A stretch of DNA of 64,000 bases from Balneolaceae bacterium (GCA_034521445.1 JAXHMM010000010.1:12949-76948), one strand, 5' to 3'. Shown: positions 10,433-20,332, counted from the stretch's first letter. Numbers and translations are program-made. Notes: a model not told the origin generated them from the letters alone.

Positions 10433-10948
10433 ATGTCCAAGCTTACGTTCAACATCGTCGATATACCGGACGGTCAGAGCCGGCGCGCGGTTGAACTGGA
10501 GGCGGATGACCTGGATCTGTCCCCCTACGATTTTAAGGGTGGAAGCGTGGATCTGGAGTTCTATCGCACCCTCCATTTTATCCGTGTGAATTTCACCGTG
10601 CATACCGGCGTTGAACTGGTGTGCGACCGTTCGCTCAAGCCTTTTGTGCTTCCGGTGGACGACCGGTTCCAGGTGGTGTTCAAGGTGGACGTGCAAGAGG
10701 AGACGGAAGACGAAGATGGGGCGGTTCGCCGCTTCAATTTTTCCTCCAACACCCTCACCATCGAGGACGAAGTCCGCGATACTATCATGCTGAACATACC
10801 CATGCAGAAGTTTCATCCGGATTACCTGGATGAGGAGGGCAGGCCGAAGGATTTCGAGACGAAATCCTTCGGGGATGTCCGGGAAGGGCAGGAGGAGGAG
10901 AAGCCTGTGGATCCCCGCTGGGAGAAGCTGAAGGAATTGAAGAATTAA
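10433..10948 (+). CDS. yceD: DUF177/YceD-family protein (large-subunit ribosome maturation)
   Basis: Start at ATG 10433 (MSKLTFNIVDIPDG...), after the dNK stop. Conserved position directly upstream of rpmF-plsX. Confidence 0.8.
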   Translation: MSKLTFNIVDIPDGQSRRAVELEADDLDLSPYDFKGGSVDLEFYRTLHFIRVNFTVHTGVELVCDRSLKPFVLPVDDRFQVVFKVDVQEETEDEDGAVRRFNFSSNTLTIEDEVRDTIMLNIPMQKFHPDYLDEEGRPKDFETKSFGDVREGQEEEKPVDPRWEKLKELKN

Positions 10949-10975
10949 CCGTAATAGTTTTCGACAAGCAGAAAA

Positions 10976-11155
10976 ATGGCACATCCAAAACGCAGACACT
11001 CCAAATCCCGCAAGAACAAGCGGCGGGCGCATCACAGCATCGGCGAGCCCACCCTGGCGGAATGCAATAACTGCGGGTCCTATCACCGTTACCACCACGC
11101 CTGCCCCGACTGCGGTTTCTACCGGGGCCGGCAGGTCGTCAACGCCCAAAATTAA
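10976..11155 (+). CDS. rpmF: 50S ribosomal protein L32
   Basis: Own translation: MAHPKRRHSKSRKNKRRAHHSIGEPTLAECNNCGSYHRYHHACPDCGFYRGRQVVNAQN. L32 N-terminal signature and CxxC...CxxC zinc ribbon. Not in the ORF track (59 aa). Confidence 0.92.
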   Translation: MAHPKRRHSKSRKNKRRAHHSIGEPTLAECNNCGSYHRYHHACPDCGFYRGRQVVNAQN

Positions 11156-11173
11156 CCGGACCCACCCCTCTTC

Positions 11174-12160
11174 ATGATTATTGCTGTCGATGCCGTTGGG
11201 GGCGACCACTATCCCCAGCATCCGGTTGAAGGGGCCCTGAAGGCCCTGGAAGAAAACAACGACCTGCAGCTGCTGCTGCTCGGACCCGGGCAGATGATCC
11301 GCGAGGAACTTTCCCGGCACCCCGACGCGGGCGACCGCCTCACCGTACAGGACGCTCCCCAAGTCATCGGTATGGACGAGGCTCCCGCCCAGGCGGTCAA
11401 GTCGAAACAGAAGTCGTCCATTGCGCTGGGACTCGGCCTGCACGCCAAAGGCCGCTGCCAGGCCTTCGTGAGCGCCGGCAACACCGGCGCCCTGCTGGCC
11501 GCCTCCACTCTTATCCTGGGCAAGCTGGAGGGCGTGCACCGCCCCACCATCACGGCCAACTACCCCACCGTCAAAGGATTCCGCCCGCTGCTGGATGTGG
11601 GTGCCAACCTGGAAATGCGTCCCGAAATGTACCGGCAGTTCGCCATCATGGGATGCATCTACGCCGAAACCATGCTGGGGGTGGAGGAACCGACTGTGGG
11701 ACTGCTGAACGTGGGCGAGGAAGAGGAGAAGGGAACCGAAGGACTCAAGAAGGCCTACCGTGAGCTCCGTTCCCTCCCGCAGTTCATCGGCAACGTAGAG
11801 GGTCGCGACATCTTTCCGGCGAAAGCGGACGTCTTTCTCTGCGACGGTCTCATCGGCAACATCCTTCTTAAGTTCGGGGAGTCCATTCCTGGCGCCCTGC
11901 AGCAGTTTGTGGGCAAGGCCGTCAAAAAGGCGGGGCTGGACCGCGAGCAGGCCGCGCAGGTTACCGGCGTCCTCAAGGGCGCTCTCGCGGAATTCCAGCA
12001 CGAAACCATCGGGGGCATTCCATTCCTCGGCGTCGACGGCGTCAGCATGGTCGGACACGGCGGAAGCTCTCCCACGGCCATCAAGAACATGATTCTGGAG
12101 GCCGTCAAATGTGTGGAGAACAACGTCAACGACCGCATTGTCGCTTCCTTAAACGAATAA
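11174..12160 (+). CDS. plsX: phosphate acyltransferase PlsX
   Basis: 328-aa ORF, full-length PlsX pattern, position between rpmF and fabH. Confidence 0.95.
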   Translation: MIIAVDAVGGDHYPQHPVEGALKALEENNDLQLLLLGPGQMIREELSRHPDAGDRLTVQDAPQVIGMDEAPAQAVKSKQKSSIALGLGLHAKGRCQAFVSAGNTGALLAASTLILGKLEGVHRPTITANYPTVKGFRPLLDVGANLEMRPEMYRQFAIMGCIYAETMLGVEEPTVGLLNVGEEEEKGTEGLKKAYRELRSLPQFIGNVEGRDIFPAKADVFLCDGLIGNILLKFGESIPGALQQFVGKAVKKAGLDREQAAQVTGVLKGALAEFQHETIGGIPFLGVDGVSMVGHGGSSPTAIKNMILEAVKCVENNVNDRIVASLNE

Positions 12161-12167
12161 TTTTTTC

Positions 12168-13166
12168 ATGTCCGATTCCATTCGCGCCAAGATTACCGCG
12201 GTAGGACATCATTTGCCGGAGGACCGTCTTACCAACCGCGACCTGGAAGAGATGGTTGAGACAAACGACGAATGGATCCAATCCCGCACCGGCATCAGCG
12301 AACGGCGCATATTAAAGGATTCTGACAAAGCTACCGCCTTTATGGGCACCCGGGCGGCACAGGAGGCCCTCGACCGTCGGGGGATGAAGGCTTCCGAACT
12401 GGACGCCATCATCTTCGCCACCGTTACCCCGGATTACCTCTTTCCCGCTACGGCCTGCCTGGTGCAGGAGCGGCTGGGAGCTGACAACGCCTTTGGATTC
12501 GACCTGTCGGCCGCCTGCTCCGGTTTTCTCTTCGCCCTCTCCACCGGCGCCACCTACGTGGAATCCGGACGCTGCGAGAAGGTGATGGTGATCGGCGCCG
12601 ACAAGATGAGTTCCATTGTCGACTATGAAGATCGGTCCACCTGCATCCTTTTCGGCGACGGGGCCGGAGCAGTAATCCTGGAACCCTCCGACGACGGCCA
12701 CGGCATCATCGATTTTGTGCAGCATGTGGAGGGCGACACTGCCCGCTCACTCTACCAGCCGGCCGGCGGCAGCCTAAATCCCGCCAGCGAGGAGACCGTA
12801 CGCAAGCGCATGCACTATGCCAAGCAGGACGGGCGCACCGTTTTCAAGAGGGCCATCGTTGGCATGGCGGACGTCTCCCTGGAGATCATGAGGCGCAACG
12901 GACTGGAGGCTGATGACGTAGCCTGGCTGGTTCCGCACCAGGCCAACAAGCGCATCATCGACGCCACCGCGCGGCGCATGGGACTGGACGAAAGCAAGGT
13001 TATGGTCAACATTGACAAATACGGCAACACCACCGCCGCCACCATTCCGCTCTGTCTCTACGACTGGGGCGGGGAGCTTGTGCCGGGCGACAATATTATA
13101 TTGTCTGCATTCGGCGGTGGTTACACCTGGGGCGCCATTTACCTAACATGGGGGATCACATCATGA
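12168..13166 (+). CDS. fabH: 3-oxoacyl-ACP synthase III
   Basis: 332-aa ORF. Active-site context AACSGF, HQAN, GNTTAA. Confidence 0.95.
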   Translation: MSDSIRAKITAVGHHLPEDRLTNRDLEEMVETNDEWIQSRTGISERRILKDSDKATAFMGTRAAQEALDRRGMKASELDAIIFATVTPDYLFPATACLVQERLGADNAFGFDLSAACSGFLFALSTGATYVESGRCEKVMVIGADKMSSIVDYEDRSTCILFGDGAGAVILEPSDDGHGIIDFVQHVEGDTARSLYQPAGGSLNPASEETVRKRMHYAKQDGRTVFKRAIVGMADVSLEIMRRNGLEADDVAWLVPHQANKRIIDATARRMGLDESKVMVNIDKYGNTTAATIPLCLYDWGGELVPGDNIILSAFGGGYTWGAIYLTWGITS

Positions 13167-14050
13167 GCACTGCCTGCCTATTTCCGGGACAGGGATCGCA
13201 GTCCGTGGGCATGGGCTCTGAACACCACGCGTCCAGCGCCGGCTTCCGCGAGTACTGCGATCGCGCCAACCGCGCGCTCGGCTTCGACCTGACCGAGATT
13301 ATGTTCGAGGGACCCGAGGAGAAACTCAGGCAGACCGAGTATACCCAGCCCGCCATCTTCGTGCATTCGGTGGCTCTCTACCGGACACTGGACCTTTCGC
13401 CCGACATGGTGGCCGGTCACAGCCTGGGCGAATTTTCGGCCCTGGTGGCCTGCGGCGCCACCGGTTTTGAGGAGACCCTGCGTGTGGTTCGCCGCCGTGG
13501 GGAACTCATGCAGCAGGCCGGGGAGAGCCGGCCCGGCACCATGGCCGCCGTCATCGGCATGGACGACGAAGCGGTGGAGGAGGTCTGCGCGCAGGCCAGC
13601 AGCCAGACCGGGAAGGAAGTGGTTGCCGCCAACTACAACTGCCCGGGGCAGCTCGTGATCTCGGGCTACGTGGAAGCGGTGGAGAAGGCCGTGGAGCTGG
13701 CCGGGGAGGCGGGATGCCGCCTGGCCAAGGTGCTTCCCGTAAGCGGCGCTTTTCACTCTTCGCTGATGCAGCCGGCCTACGAGGGACTCGAATCGGTGTT
13801 GCAGGAGCTGGCCATAGCGACCCCGGACTGCCCCATTTACAGCAATTACACCGCCCGCCCGACGCGTGACCCGGATGAAATACGCCAGAACCTGCTGAAC
13901 CAGCTGCTCAACCCGGTGCGATGGACCCAGACGCTTCAGAACATGCACGCCGACGGGGCGCGCCGCTTTGTGGAGGTTGGTCCCGGCCGCGTGCTCCAGG
14001 GTCTTGTAAAACGCACCTTGGACGAGGTGGACATGGAGGGACACCAGTAG
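13163..14050 (+). CDS. fabD: malonyl-CoA-ACP transacylase
   Basis: Start at ATG 13163 (ATGA overlap with the fabH stop): MSTACLFPGQGSQ; active-site GHSLGE. Confidence 0.95.
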   Translation: MSTACLFPGQGSQSVGMGSEHHASSAGFREYCDRANRALGFDLTEIMFEGPEEKLRQTEYTQPAIFVHSVALYRTLDLSPDMVAGHSLGEFSALVACGATGFEETLRVVRRRGELMQQAGESRPGTMAAVIGMDDEAVEEVCAQASSQTGKEVVAANYNCPGQLVISGYVEAVEKAVELAGEAGCRLAKVLPVSGAFHSSLMQPAYEGLESVLQELAIATPDCPIYSNYTARPTRDPDEIRQNLLNQLLNPVRWTQTLQNMHADGARRFVEVGPGRVLQGLVKRTLDEVDMEGHQ

Positions 14051-14089
14051 CTTGCGTATCGCTAATTAAAACACCGTAATTCTATCGCC

Positions 14090-14836
14090 ATGATAACGCT
14101 GGAAGGAAAGAATGCACTGGTAACCGGCGGCAGCCGGGGCATCGGACGTGCCATCGCCCTGCGCCTGGCCAAATACGGGGCCAACGTGGCCCTCACCTAC
14201 GTAAGCTCGGCCGATGCCGCCGAAGAGGTGGCAGAAGAGATCCGCGACATGGGATGCAAGGCCAAAGCCCTGCAGGCCGATGCGGTGAACTATGAGCGGG
14301 CCGAAGAGGTCGTAGGTGAGGTGACCGACGACTGGGGACAGCTCGACATCCTGGTCAACAACGCCGGCATCACCCGCGACAACCTCATCCTGCGCATGAG
14401 CGAGGAGCAGTGGGACGAGGTCATCGACACCAACCTCAAGAGCATTTTCAACTACAGCAAGGCCGCCGCCAAACCCATGATGCGGGCACGCGGGGGCTCC
14501 ATCATCAACATCAGTTCGGTGGTGGGACTCTCCGGAAACGCCGGGCAGAGCAACTACGCCGCCTCCAAGGCGGGCATCGTGGGCTTCACCAAATCCTACG
14601 CCAAGGAACTGGCCTCGCGGAACATCCGCGCCAACGTGGTGGCGCCCGGTTATATCGTCACCGAGATGACCGACAGCCTGGACGAGAAGGTGCTGGAGGC
14701 CATCAGGGAGGAGACGCCCCTGGGACGCGCGGGCGAAGCCGTGGAGGTGGCCGATGCGGTCGCCTTTCTGGCCTCCGGCCTGAGCGGATACGTCACGGGC
14801 GAGGTGCTCCGCGTGGACGGCGGCATGGCCATGTAG
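14090..14836 (+). CDS. fabG: 3-oxoacyl-ACP reductase
   Basis: 248-aa SDR. TGGSRGIGRA cofactor motif, NNAG, YAASK catalytic motif. Confidence 0.95.
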   Translation: MITLEGKNALVTGGSRGIGRAIALRLAKYGANVALTYVSSADAAEEVAEEIRDMGCKAKALQADAVNYERAEEVVGEVTDDWGQLDILVNNAGITRDNLILRMSEEQWDEVIDTNLKSIFNYSKAAAKPMMRARGGSIINISSVVGLSGNAGQSNYAASKAGIVGFTKSYAKELASRNIRANVVAPGYIVTEMTDSLDEKVLEAIREETPLGRAGEAVEVADAVAFLASGLSGYVTGEVLRVDGGMAM

Positions 14837-14965
14837 GAGGCCGTAAGCAGAGTGTTATTTTAAAGATAGAAATTGTATTTTCTGCTCCTGGTTTCGCATT
14901 TTCCCCGAGAAGGGAGCATCATTTACAGCACCGCATAACCTTAATCGAATCAAAAACGAACCATT

Positions 14966-15205
14966 ATGTCTCAAGACGTTGAATCCAAAGTGAAAGCCAT
15001 CATCGTTGACAAGCTTGGCGTCGATGAATCGGAGGTGGCCCACGAAGCCAACTTTACCAACGACCTGGGTGCCGATTCCCTCGACACCGTCGAACTGATC
15101 ATGGAGTTCGAGAAGGAGTTTGACATCAGCATCCCGGACGAAGATGCAGAAAATATTGCAACCGTCGGAGACGCTGTCGAATATCTCCAGAGCAAGGTAT
15201 CCTAA
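14966..15205 (+). CDS. acpP: acyl carrier protein
   Basis: 79 aa with the phosphopantetheine site [12 protein letters not shown]. Confidence 0.97.
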   Translation: MSQDVESKVKAIIVDKLGVDESEVAHEANFTNDLGADSLDTVELIMEFEKEFDISIPDEDAENIATVGDAVEYLQSKVS

Positions 15206-15235
15206 GCACACCTCTCTTCACTCCAATACCCTGGC

Positions 15236-16480
15236 ATGTCTGATCGCAGAGTAGTAATTACCGGAATCGGTGCTCTTACCCCTGTCGGTAAGACAGCACC
15301 CGAGTTCTGGAACGGGCTGGTATCCGGTGCCAACGGGGTCCGAAATATCGAGCACTTCGATACGGAGGATTTCCCCACCAAGTTTGCAGCCCAGATTCCC
15401 GAATACGACGAATCCGACTACTTCGACCGGAAGGAGGCTCGCCGCATGGACAAGGTGTGCCAGTACGCCATGGTGGCGGCCGACGAGGCTCTGGAGGATA
15501 CCGGGCTCGATTTCGAGCAGGTGGACAAGGACGAGGTGGCGGTCATCGTAGGCACCGGAATCGGGGGGATGATCACCTTCTACGATCAGGCCATCTCCTT
15601 CCACGAGCACGGGCCGAGGGGCGTTTCCCCCTTCTTCATTCCCATGCTCATTCCCGACATGCTGGCCGGCCAGATCTCCATCAAGTACGGCTTCAAGGGA
15701 CCTAATTTCTGCGCGGTCAGCGCCTGCGCCACGGGCTCCCACAACATCGGCCTGGCCTACGATGCCATCCGGCACGGCCAGTGCGATATGGCCATATCCG
15801 GCGGCTCGGAAGCCCCGGTCTCCCGCATCGGCGTGGCGGGCTTCAACTCCATGAGGGCCATGTCCACACGCAACGATTCGCCCTCAACGGCCTCGCGGCC
15901 TTTTGACAAGAACCGTGACGGTTTCGTGCTGGGCGAAGGATCGGCCATGCTCTTCCTGGAAGAGTACGAGCATGCCAAGGCGCGGGACGCCCGTATCTAC
16001 GGGGAGATTGTGGGTTACGGCTTCTCGGCCGACGCCTACCATATCACCGCGCCGGACCCCGACGGGGAAGGCGTGATACTGGCCATGAACCGCGCCCTCG
16101 ATTCGGCGGAGATCGAGACCACCGACATCGAGCACATCAATCTGCACGGCACTTCAACGCCGCTGGGTGACATCGCCGAAAGCAACTCTATCAAGAAAGT
16201 ATTCGGGGATCACGCCTACGAGATGAACCTCAACTCCACCAAGTCGATGACCGGCCATACGCTGGGCGCCGCAGGGGCCGTGGAGTCCCTGGCGACCATT
16301 CTGGCCATCTACCACGGGATCATTCCGCCCACCATCAACTACGACACGGAAGACCCCGAGTGCGACCTCAACTACACGGTCAACGAATCGGTGGTGCGCG
16401 ACATCACCTACGCCCTTAACAACGCCTTCGGCTTCGGGGGTCACAACACCTCCCTGGTATTCAAGAAGTACGAAGCCTGA
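15236..16480 (+). CDS. fabF: 3-oxoacyl-ACP synthase II
   Basis: 414-aa ORF. Active-site SACATG, HGTSTP, GHTLGAAG. Confidence 0.95.
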   Translation: MSDRRVVITGIGALTPVGKTAPEFWNGLVSGANGVRNIEHFDTEDFPTKFAAQIPEYDESDYFDRKEARRMDKVCQYAMVAADEALEDTGLDFEQVDKDEVAVIVGTGIGGMITFYDQAISFHEHGPRGVSPFFIPMLIPDMLAGQISIKYGFKGPNFCAVSACATGSHNIGLAYDAIRHGQCDMAISGGSEAPVSRIGVAGFNSMRAMSTRNDSPSTASRPFDKNRDGFVLGEGSAMLFLEEYEHAKARDARIYGEIVGYGFSADAYHITAPDPDGEGVILAMNRALDSAEIETTDIEHINLHGTSTPLGDIAESNSIKKVFGDHAYEMNLNSTKSMTGHTLGAAGAVESLATILAIYHGIIPPTINYDTEDPECDLNYTVNESVVRDITYALNNAFGFGGHNTSLVFKKYEA

Positions 16481-16484
16481 GGGA

Positions 16485-17240
16485 ATGCTCGAGCGTTTCC
16501 GTTCATACTTTAAAGGCGGACGCGGCGAATCGCTTGAACTCGATAACCGCAAGCGCGTAGAGAAACTGGAAAGGATCATCGGCCTGGATGCCGGAGATCC
16601 TTTTTTATATGTGCGTGCCCTGCAGCACCGCTCCATACTCGCCGATGAGAGCTACTCGGAAACCGATTCCTATGAGCGCCTGGAATTCCTGGGCGACGCC
16701 GTTCTCGACCTTATCGTCTCGGAGATCATATTCGAACGATTTCCCGACGAGGACGAAGGCTTCCTGACCAAGCTGCGGGCCAAGCTGGTACGCGGAGAGG
16801 CCCTGGCCGACTACGCCATGGGACTGGGCCTGAACAAGCTGATGGTGATCGGCGAGCGGGCAAGGGGACAGGGCATCGAGCTATCCAAAAGCGTGCTCGC
16901 CGACGTATTCGAGTCGCTGGTGGGCGCCATCTACGTAGATCACGGCTACATGGAGGCCTACCGGTTCTCCCGGGAGGTTATCGAGCGCGAGGCCGATTTT
17001 GACAAGCTCATCGGCACGCTGGACAACTATAAAAGCATGCTGCTGGAGTGGGCGCAGGCCCGCCAGCTCGCCATACCCACCTACCAGGTGACCGACGAGC
17101 GTGGACCCGGCCACGACAAGACCTTCGAGGTGAAGGTGATGGTGGATGGGGAGGAGCGTGGAACCGGATCGGGCAAGAGCAAGAAGGAGGCCGAGCAGCA
17201 CGCCGCGCGCCACGCACTGCGCCTGCTGGAAGGGGAATAA
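16485..17240 (+). CDS. rnc: ribonuclease III
   Basis: 251-aa ORF. RNase III signature ERLEFLGDAVL and a C-terminal dsRBD. Confidence 0.95.
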   Translation: MLERFRSYFKGGRGESLELDNRKRVEKLERIIGLDAGDPFLYVRALQHRSILADESYSETDSYERLEFLGDAVLDLIVSEIIFERFPDEDEGFLTKLRAKLVRGEALADYAMGLGLNKLMVIGERARGQGIELSKSVLADVFESLVGAIYVDHGYMEAYRFSREVIEREADFDKLIGTLDNYKSMLLEWAQARQLAIPTYQVTDERGPGHDKTFEVKVMVDGEERGTGSGKSKKEAEQHAARHALRLLEGE

Positions 17241-17243
17241 GGT

Positions 17244-19253
17244 CTAGAAAGGCGCCTCGTCGTCCCCGCCGCCGTTGCCATCGTCGTCCTCGTCCTCGCC
17301 CGCGTCCGGCCCCGGATCGTGTCCCAGGGGAGGGGGTCCCTCCGGTGCGCCGTTCTGCGATTCTCCGCCCTTGCCGCTACCCCGGCCGCCACGCCCGCCT
17401 TTGCCGAAGGGACCGGATTCGTCGGCCTTGGTCAGATTCTCGAAGCGGGCGTAATCCTCTACGAAGTAGAGCGGAACCGAGCCCGTCGGGCCGTTACGCT
17501 GCTTGCCCACAATGATCTCTGCCAGGCCGGTGGTCGACTGCCCCTCGGGCGTGGTCTTTATGCCGTAGTACTCGGGGCGGTAGAGAAAGGTCACCACGTC
17601 GGCGTCCTGCTCGATAGAGTTGTGAACGATGATATCGTTGGCCAGAAAGTTGTGATGATCCTCTATAGTGAGGTCGAACACTTCGGCCGTGCCCTCAACT
17701 CTGTTGATGCCCGAAAGACGATCCCAATGGATCTCGCTTTCTGTCCGAACCTCCCTTGGCAGTGCAATGTGCTCGCCCTCCTCCAACTCGTCCAGCCTTT
17801 TCCAGCCATTGATGGTGAGAAACTTGTGGTTGGCGGTGGCGTGTATGCTGCGTCCAAGTCGGGTGCTGAGTTCAAAATAGGGCTTTTTACCCGTACAGAA
17901 AGCGTTCTGCACTCTGGATTTCACAATCTTGTTGGTCTGCTGGTCCAGGGCCCATACGTAGCGATTCTCTTGTCCCACGAGATCTTGGATGGCCTCGCGC
18001 TCCCCGGTATCTGCCATGGGAATCAGCGTATCGCCGCGCAGACAACCACTCTCGCGCAAGTCACTCAGCTGTGGCCTCTTGTCCCCGCCGCGCTGCTCCA
18101 CAGCCCGGCTGAGCTGCGAAAGCGCCACCACGGGCACGTTCAGGTCCTTGGCCAGGGCCTTCAGCCCCCGCGAGATGGATGCGATCTCCTGCTCGCGTGT
18201 GCCGAAATCCTTGCCGCCGCCCGACATAAGCTGCAGGTAGTCCACCACAATCATCCCGATATCGTGCTCGCTCTTCAGGCGCCGCGCCTTGGTGCGAAGC
18301 TCCATGATACTGAGCCCGGGCGTATCGTCCACGAAGATGTTGGCCGTAAAGAGGCGCCCCGCAGCGTCGATCAGCCGCTTGAACTCCTCGTCGTTCAGCC
18401 GTCCGGATCGGGCGGACTGGGAGTTGATGCGCGCCTCCATGGTCAGAAGGCGCTGCACCAGCGACTGGTTGGACATCTCCAGGGAGAAGATGGCCACCTT
18501 GGTCTGCAGCTTGGGGTCCTGGTGGAGGGCGGCGTTGCGTGCGGTGGTCAGCACGAAAGCCGTCTTGCCCATGGAGGGGCGCGCGGCGATGATAATCATG
18601 TCGCCGTTCTGCCAGCCGGCCGTCATCTTGTCAATGTCCAGGCCGGTGGGCACGCCCGTCACCCCCGAGGGTTTGCCCCGGATGTCCTCCAGGTAGGATA
18701 GGGTGTCCTTCAGTACGTCGCCGATGGGCTTGGCCTGGGCGCGGTGTTTGGCGTTGGCGAGATCGAAGATGCGCTGCTCGGCGCGGTCCAGCACGTCGTA
18801 GGGATCGGAGGCGCTGTCGTAAGCCTCCTTGATGATGTCGGTGCAGTTGAGGATGAGGTTCCGCTTGGTGGCCTTCTCCGCGATGATCTGCGCGTGATAG
18901 TCGATGTTGGCGGCCGAACTCACCGAACGGGTCAGCTCCGAGAGGTAGCCGGTTCCCCCGCATGCGTCGAGCAGTCCACGGTCGCGCAGCTCGTTCTCCA
19001 CGGTGATCAGGTCCAGCGGATTGTCCTTCTCGTAGAGGTCGTGCAGCACCTCGAAAATATGGCGGTGCGACTGCTTGTAGAAGTCGCCTGACGAAAGCAT
19101 CTGGAGCGCGACGGTTGCAGCCTCGTGCTCAATGAGCATGGCCCCCAGCACGGCCTCCTCTACTTCGGTGGCCTGGGGAGGCACCCGGCCCTGTTGTTCG
19201 AGGGCATCGTTTTCGGACCGGTTGTTGTATTGAGAGGCTTTATCTGCGGCCAT
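17244..19253 (-). CDS. dnaB: replicative DNA helicase DnaB, interrupted by a mini-intein and carrying a long disordered acidic C-terminal tail
   Basis: 669-aa ORF. Walker A ARPSMGKTAF, DnaB N-terminal domain. Helicase sequence ...QLSDLRESG / SIEQDADVV... is split by a 142-aa insert. About 60 extra Gly/Pro/Asp-rich residues at the C-terminus. Confidence 0.95.
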   Translation of the reverse strand: MAADKASQYNNRSENDALEQQGRVPPQATEVEEAVLGAMLIEHEAATVALQMLSSGDFYKQSHRHIFEVLHDLYEKDNPLDLITVENELRDRGLLDACGGTGYLSELTRSVSSAANIDYHAQIIAEKATKRNLILNCTDIIKEAYDSASDPYDVLDRAEQRIFDLANAKHRAQAKPIGDVLKDTLSYLEDIRGKPSGVTGVPTGLDIDKMTAGWQNGDMIIIAARPSMGKTAFVLTTARNAALHQDPKLQTKVAIFSLEMSNQSLVQRLLTMEARINSQSARSGRLNDEEFKRLIDAAGRLFTANIFVDDTPGLSIMELRTKARRLKSEHDIGMIVVDYLQLMSGGGKDFGTREQEIASISRGLKALAKDLNVPVVALSQLSRAVEQRGGDKRPQLSDLRESGCLRGDTLIPMADTGEREAIQDLVGQENRYVWALDQQTNKIVKSRVQNAFCTGKKPYFELSTRLGRSIHATANHKFLTINGWKRLDELEEGEHIALPREVRTESEIHWDRLSGINRVEGTAEVFDLTIEDHHNFLANDIIVHNSIEQDADVVTFLYRPEYYGIKTTPEGQSTTGLAEIIVGKQRNGPTGSVPLYFVEDYARFENLTKADESGPFGKGGRGGRGSGKGGESQNGAPEGPPPLGHDPGPDAGEDEDDDGNGGGDDEAPF
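17619..18044 (-). mobile_element. DnaB mini-intein (142 aa, no homing-endonuclease domain)
   Basis: Residues 404-545: begins CLRGDTLI (Cys1 codon TGT at 18044..18042), block B TANH, ends DIIVHN followed by the +1 Ser of SIEQD. Inserted after RESG, the classical DnaB intein site. Confidence 0.9.
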
Positions 19254-19393
19254 CCGTGGTGCTGAGTCTGTGCGTCAATAAGAGTTTGAGGGTTCCGGTA
19301 GTATAATAAAAAGTGGACGACTATATGAACTCTGATCCGTCCGAAACTTACAGTTCAGAGCGCAAATAACGGTCCGTTCGCCGCCGTCAGCGC

Positions 19394-20332
19394 TCAGGGT
19401 TTGCCGCCCAGTTCGTCGTATCGCCTGCGGAGCTTCTGCACGTCTTCCCAGGTGGGACGCTTCCACTTTTCGTGGCGGAGGAGGGCGGCGGGATGGTAGG
19501 TGGCCAGCAGCTCGTATCTGCCGCGGTAGGAATGGAATGTACCCCGCATGCTGCTGAGGGAGTCGTTGTTCTCCAGCAGCGTCTGGGCGGCGGTCTTGCC
19601 CAGACAGAGAATGAGTTTGGGCTGGATGAGCTCGATCTGCTTGAGCAGGAAGGGCAGGCTGCGCTCGCGCTCCTCGGGCAGGGGATTGCGGTTGTTGGGA
19701 GGACGGTGCTTGAGGATGTTGGCGATGTAGACGTCCTCGCGCTCGAAATCAATGGCGGCCAGGATTTTGTTGAGCAGCTGGCCGGCGGCCCCCACGAAGG
19801 GCTCGCCCTGCTTGTCCTCCTCGGCCCCGGGCGCTTCGCCGATGAGCATCAGATCGGCCTCGGCGTTGCCCACGCCGAAAACCATGTTGGTGTCGGGCAG
19901 GTCGGTGCGCAGCACCTCCGCCTGCGCACAGAGCTGCCTGAGTTCTCCTAGCGAGCTGCACCGGCCGATGCTTTGGTAGACGTCGCGGGAGGCGTCCTCC
20001 TCGAAGAGGCCCTCCTGGGGATCCAGGGCGCCGCCGGAGGATGAGCGCCGGCGGGTGCCGCCCGTGGAGCTCCGTGTGGATCGGGTGACGCCGGGAGCGG
20101 AGCCGCTCGAAGCGGCTCCTGCCAGGTCGGCGTCGGATGCGGAGTCATCCGGGGTATCGGCCGGATCAGCATCCCCGCTCTTCTCCCCGGAGTCGGAGGC
20201 AGTGTCGGTGTCAGCTGCGGTGTTTTCGGGAGCTGCGGGGGAGGGAGCCGATGCCGCGAAATCGCCGTAGACCTCCCGCTCGTTTTCAATAAAACGGATG
20301 ATACCGTCGATCAGCTCTTGCGGTGATTTCAT
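19394..20332 (-). CDS. family 4 uracil-DNA glycosylase with low-complexity N-terminal extension
   Basis: 312-aa ORF. UDG family 4 motifs GEAPGAEED and HPAALLR in the C-terminal ~195 aa. The first ~115 aa are Asp/Ser/Ala-rich. Confidence 0.85.
   Translation of the reverse strand: MKSPQELIDGIIRFIENEREVYGDFAASAPSPAAPENTAADTDTASDSGEKSGDADPADTPDDSASDADLAGAASSGSAPGVTRSTRSSTGGTRRRSSSGGALDPQEGLFEEDASRDVYQSIGRCSSLGELRQLCAQAEVLRTDLPDTNMVFGVGNAEADLMLIGEAPGAEEDKQGEPFVGAAGQLLNKILAAIDFEREDVYIANILKHRPPNNRNPLPEERERSLPFLLKQIELIQPKLILCLGKTAAQTLLENNDSLSSMRGTFHSYRGRYELLATYHPAALLRHEKWKRPTWEDVQKLRRRYDELGGKP

Noticed and set aside
10403-12058. 551-aa ORF on the minus strand
   Set aside because: Antisense to yceD, rpmF and plsX, which all have clear family signatures. 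This is a GC-driven open frame.
17241-17243. rnc and dnaB converge with only 3 bp between their stops; CTAG overlapping convergent stops also occur at 52706-52709 and 57192-57195
   Set aside because: Tight convergent packing is common in compact genomes. There is no structure or motif to support a specific function beyond possible transcriptional read-through.
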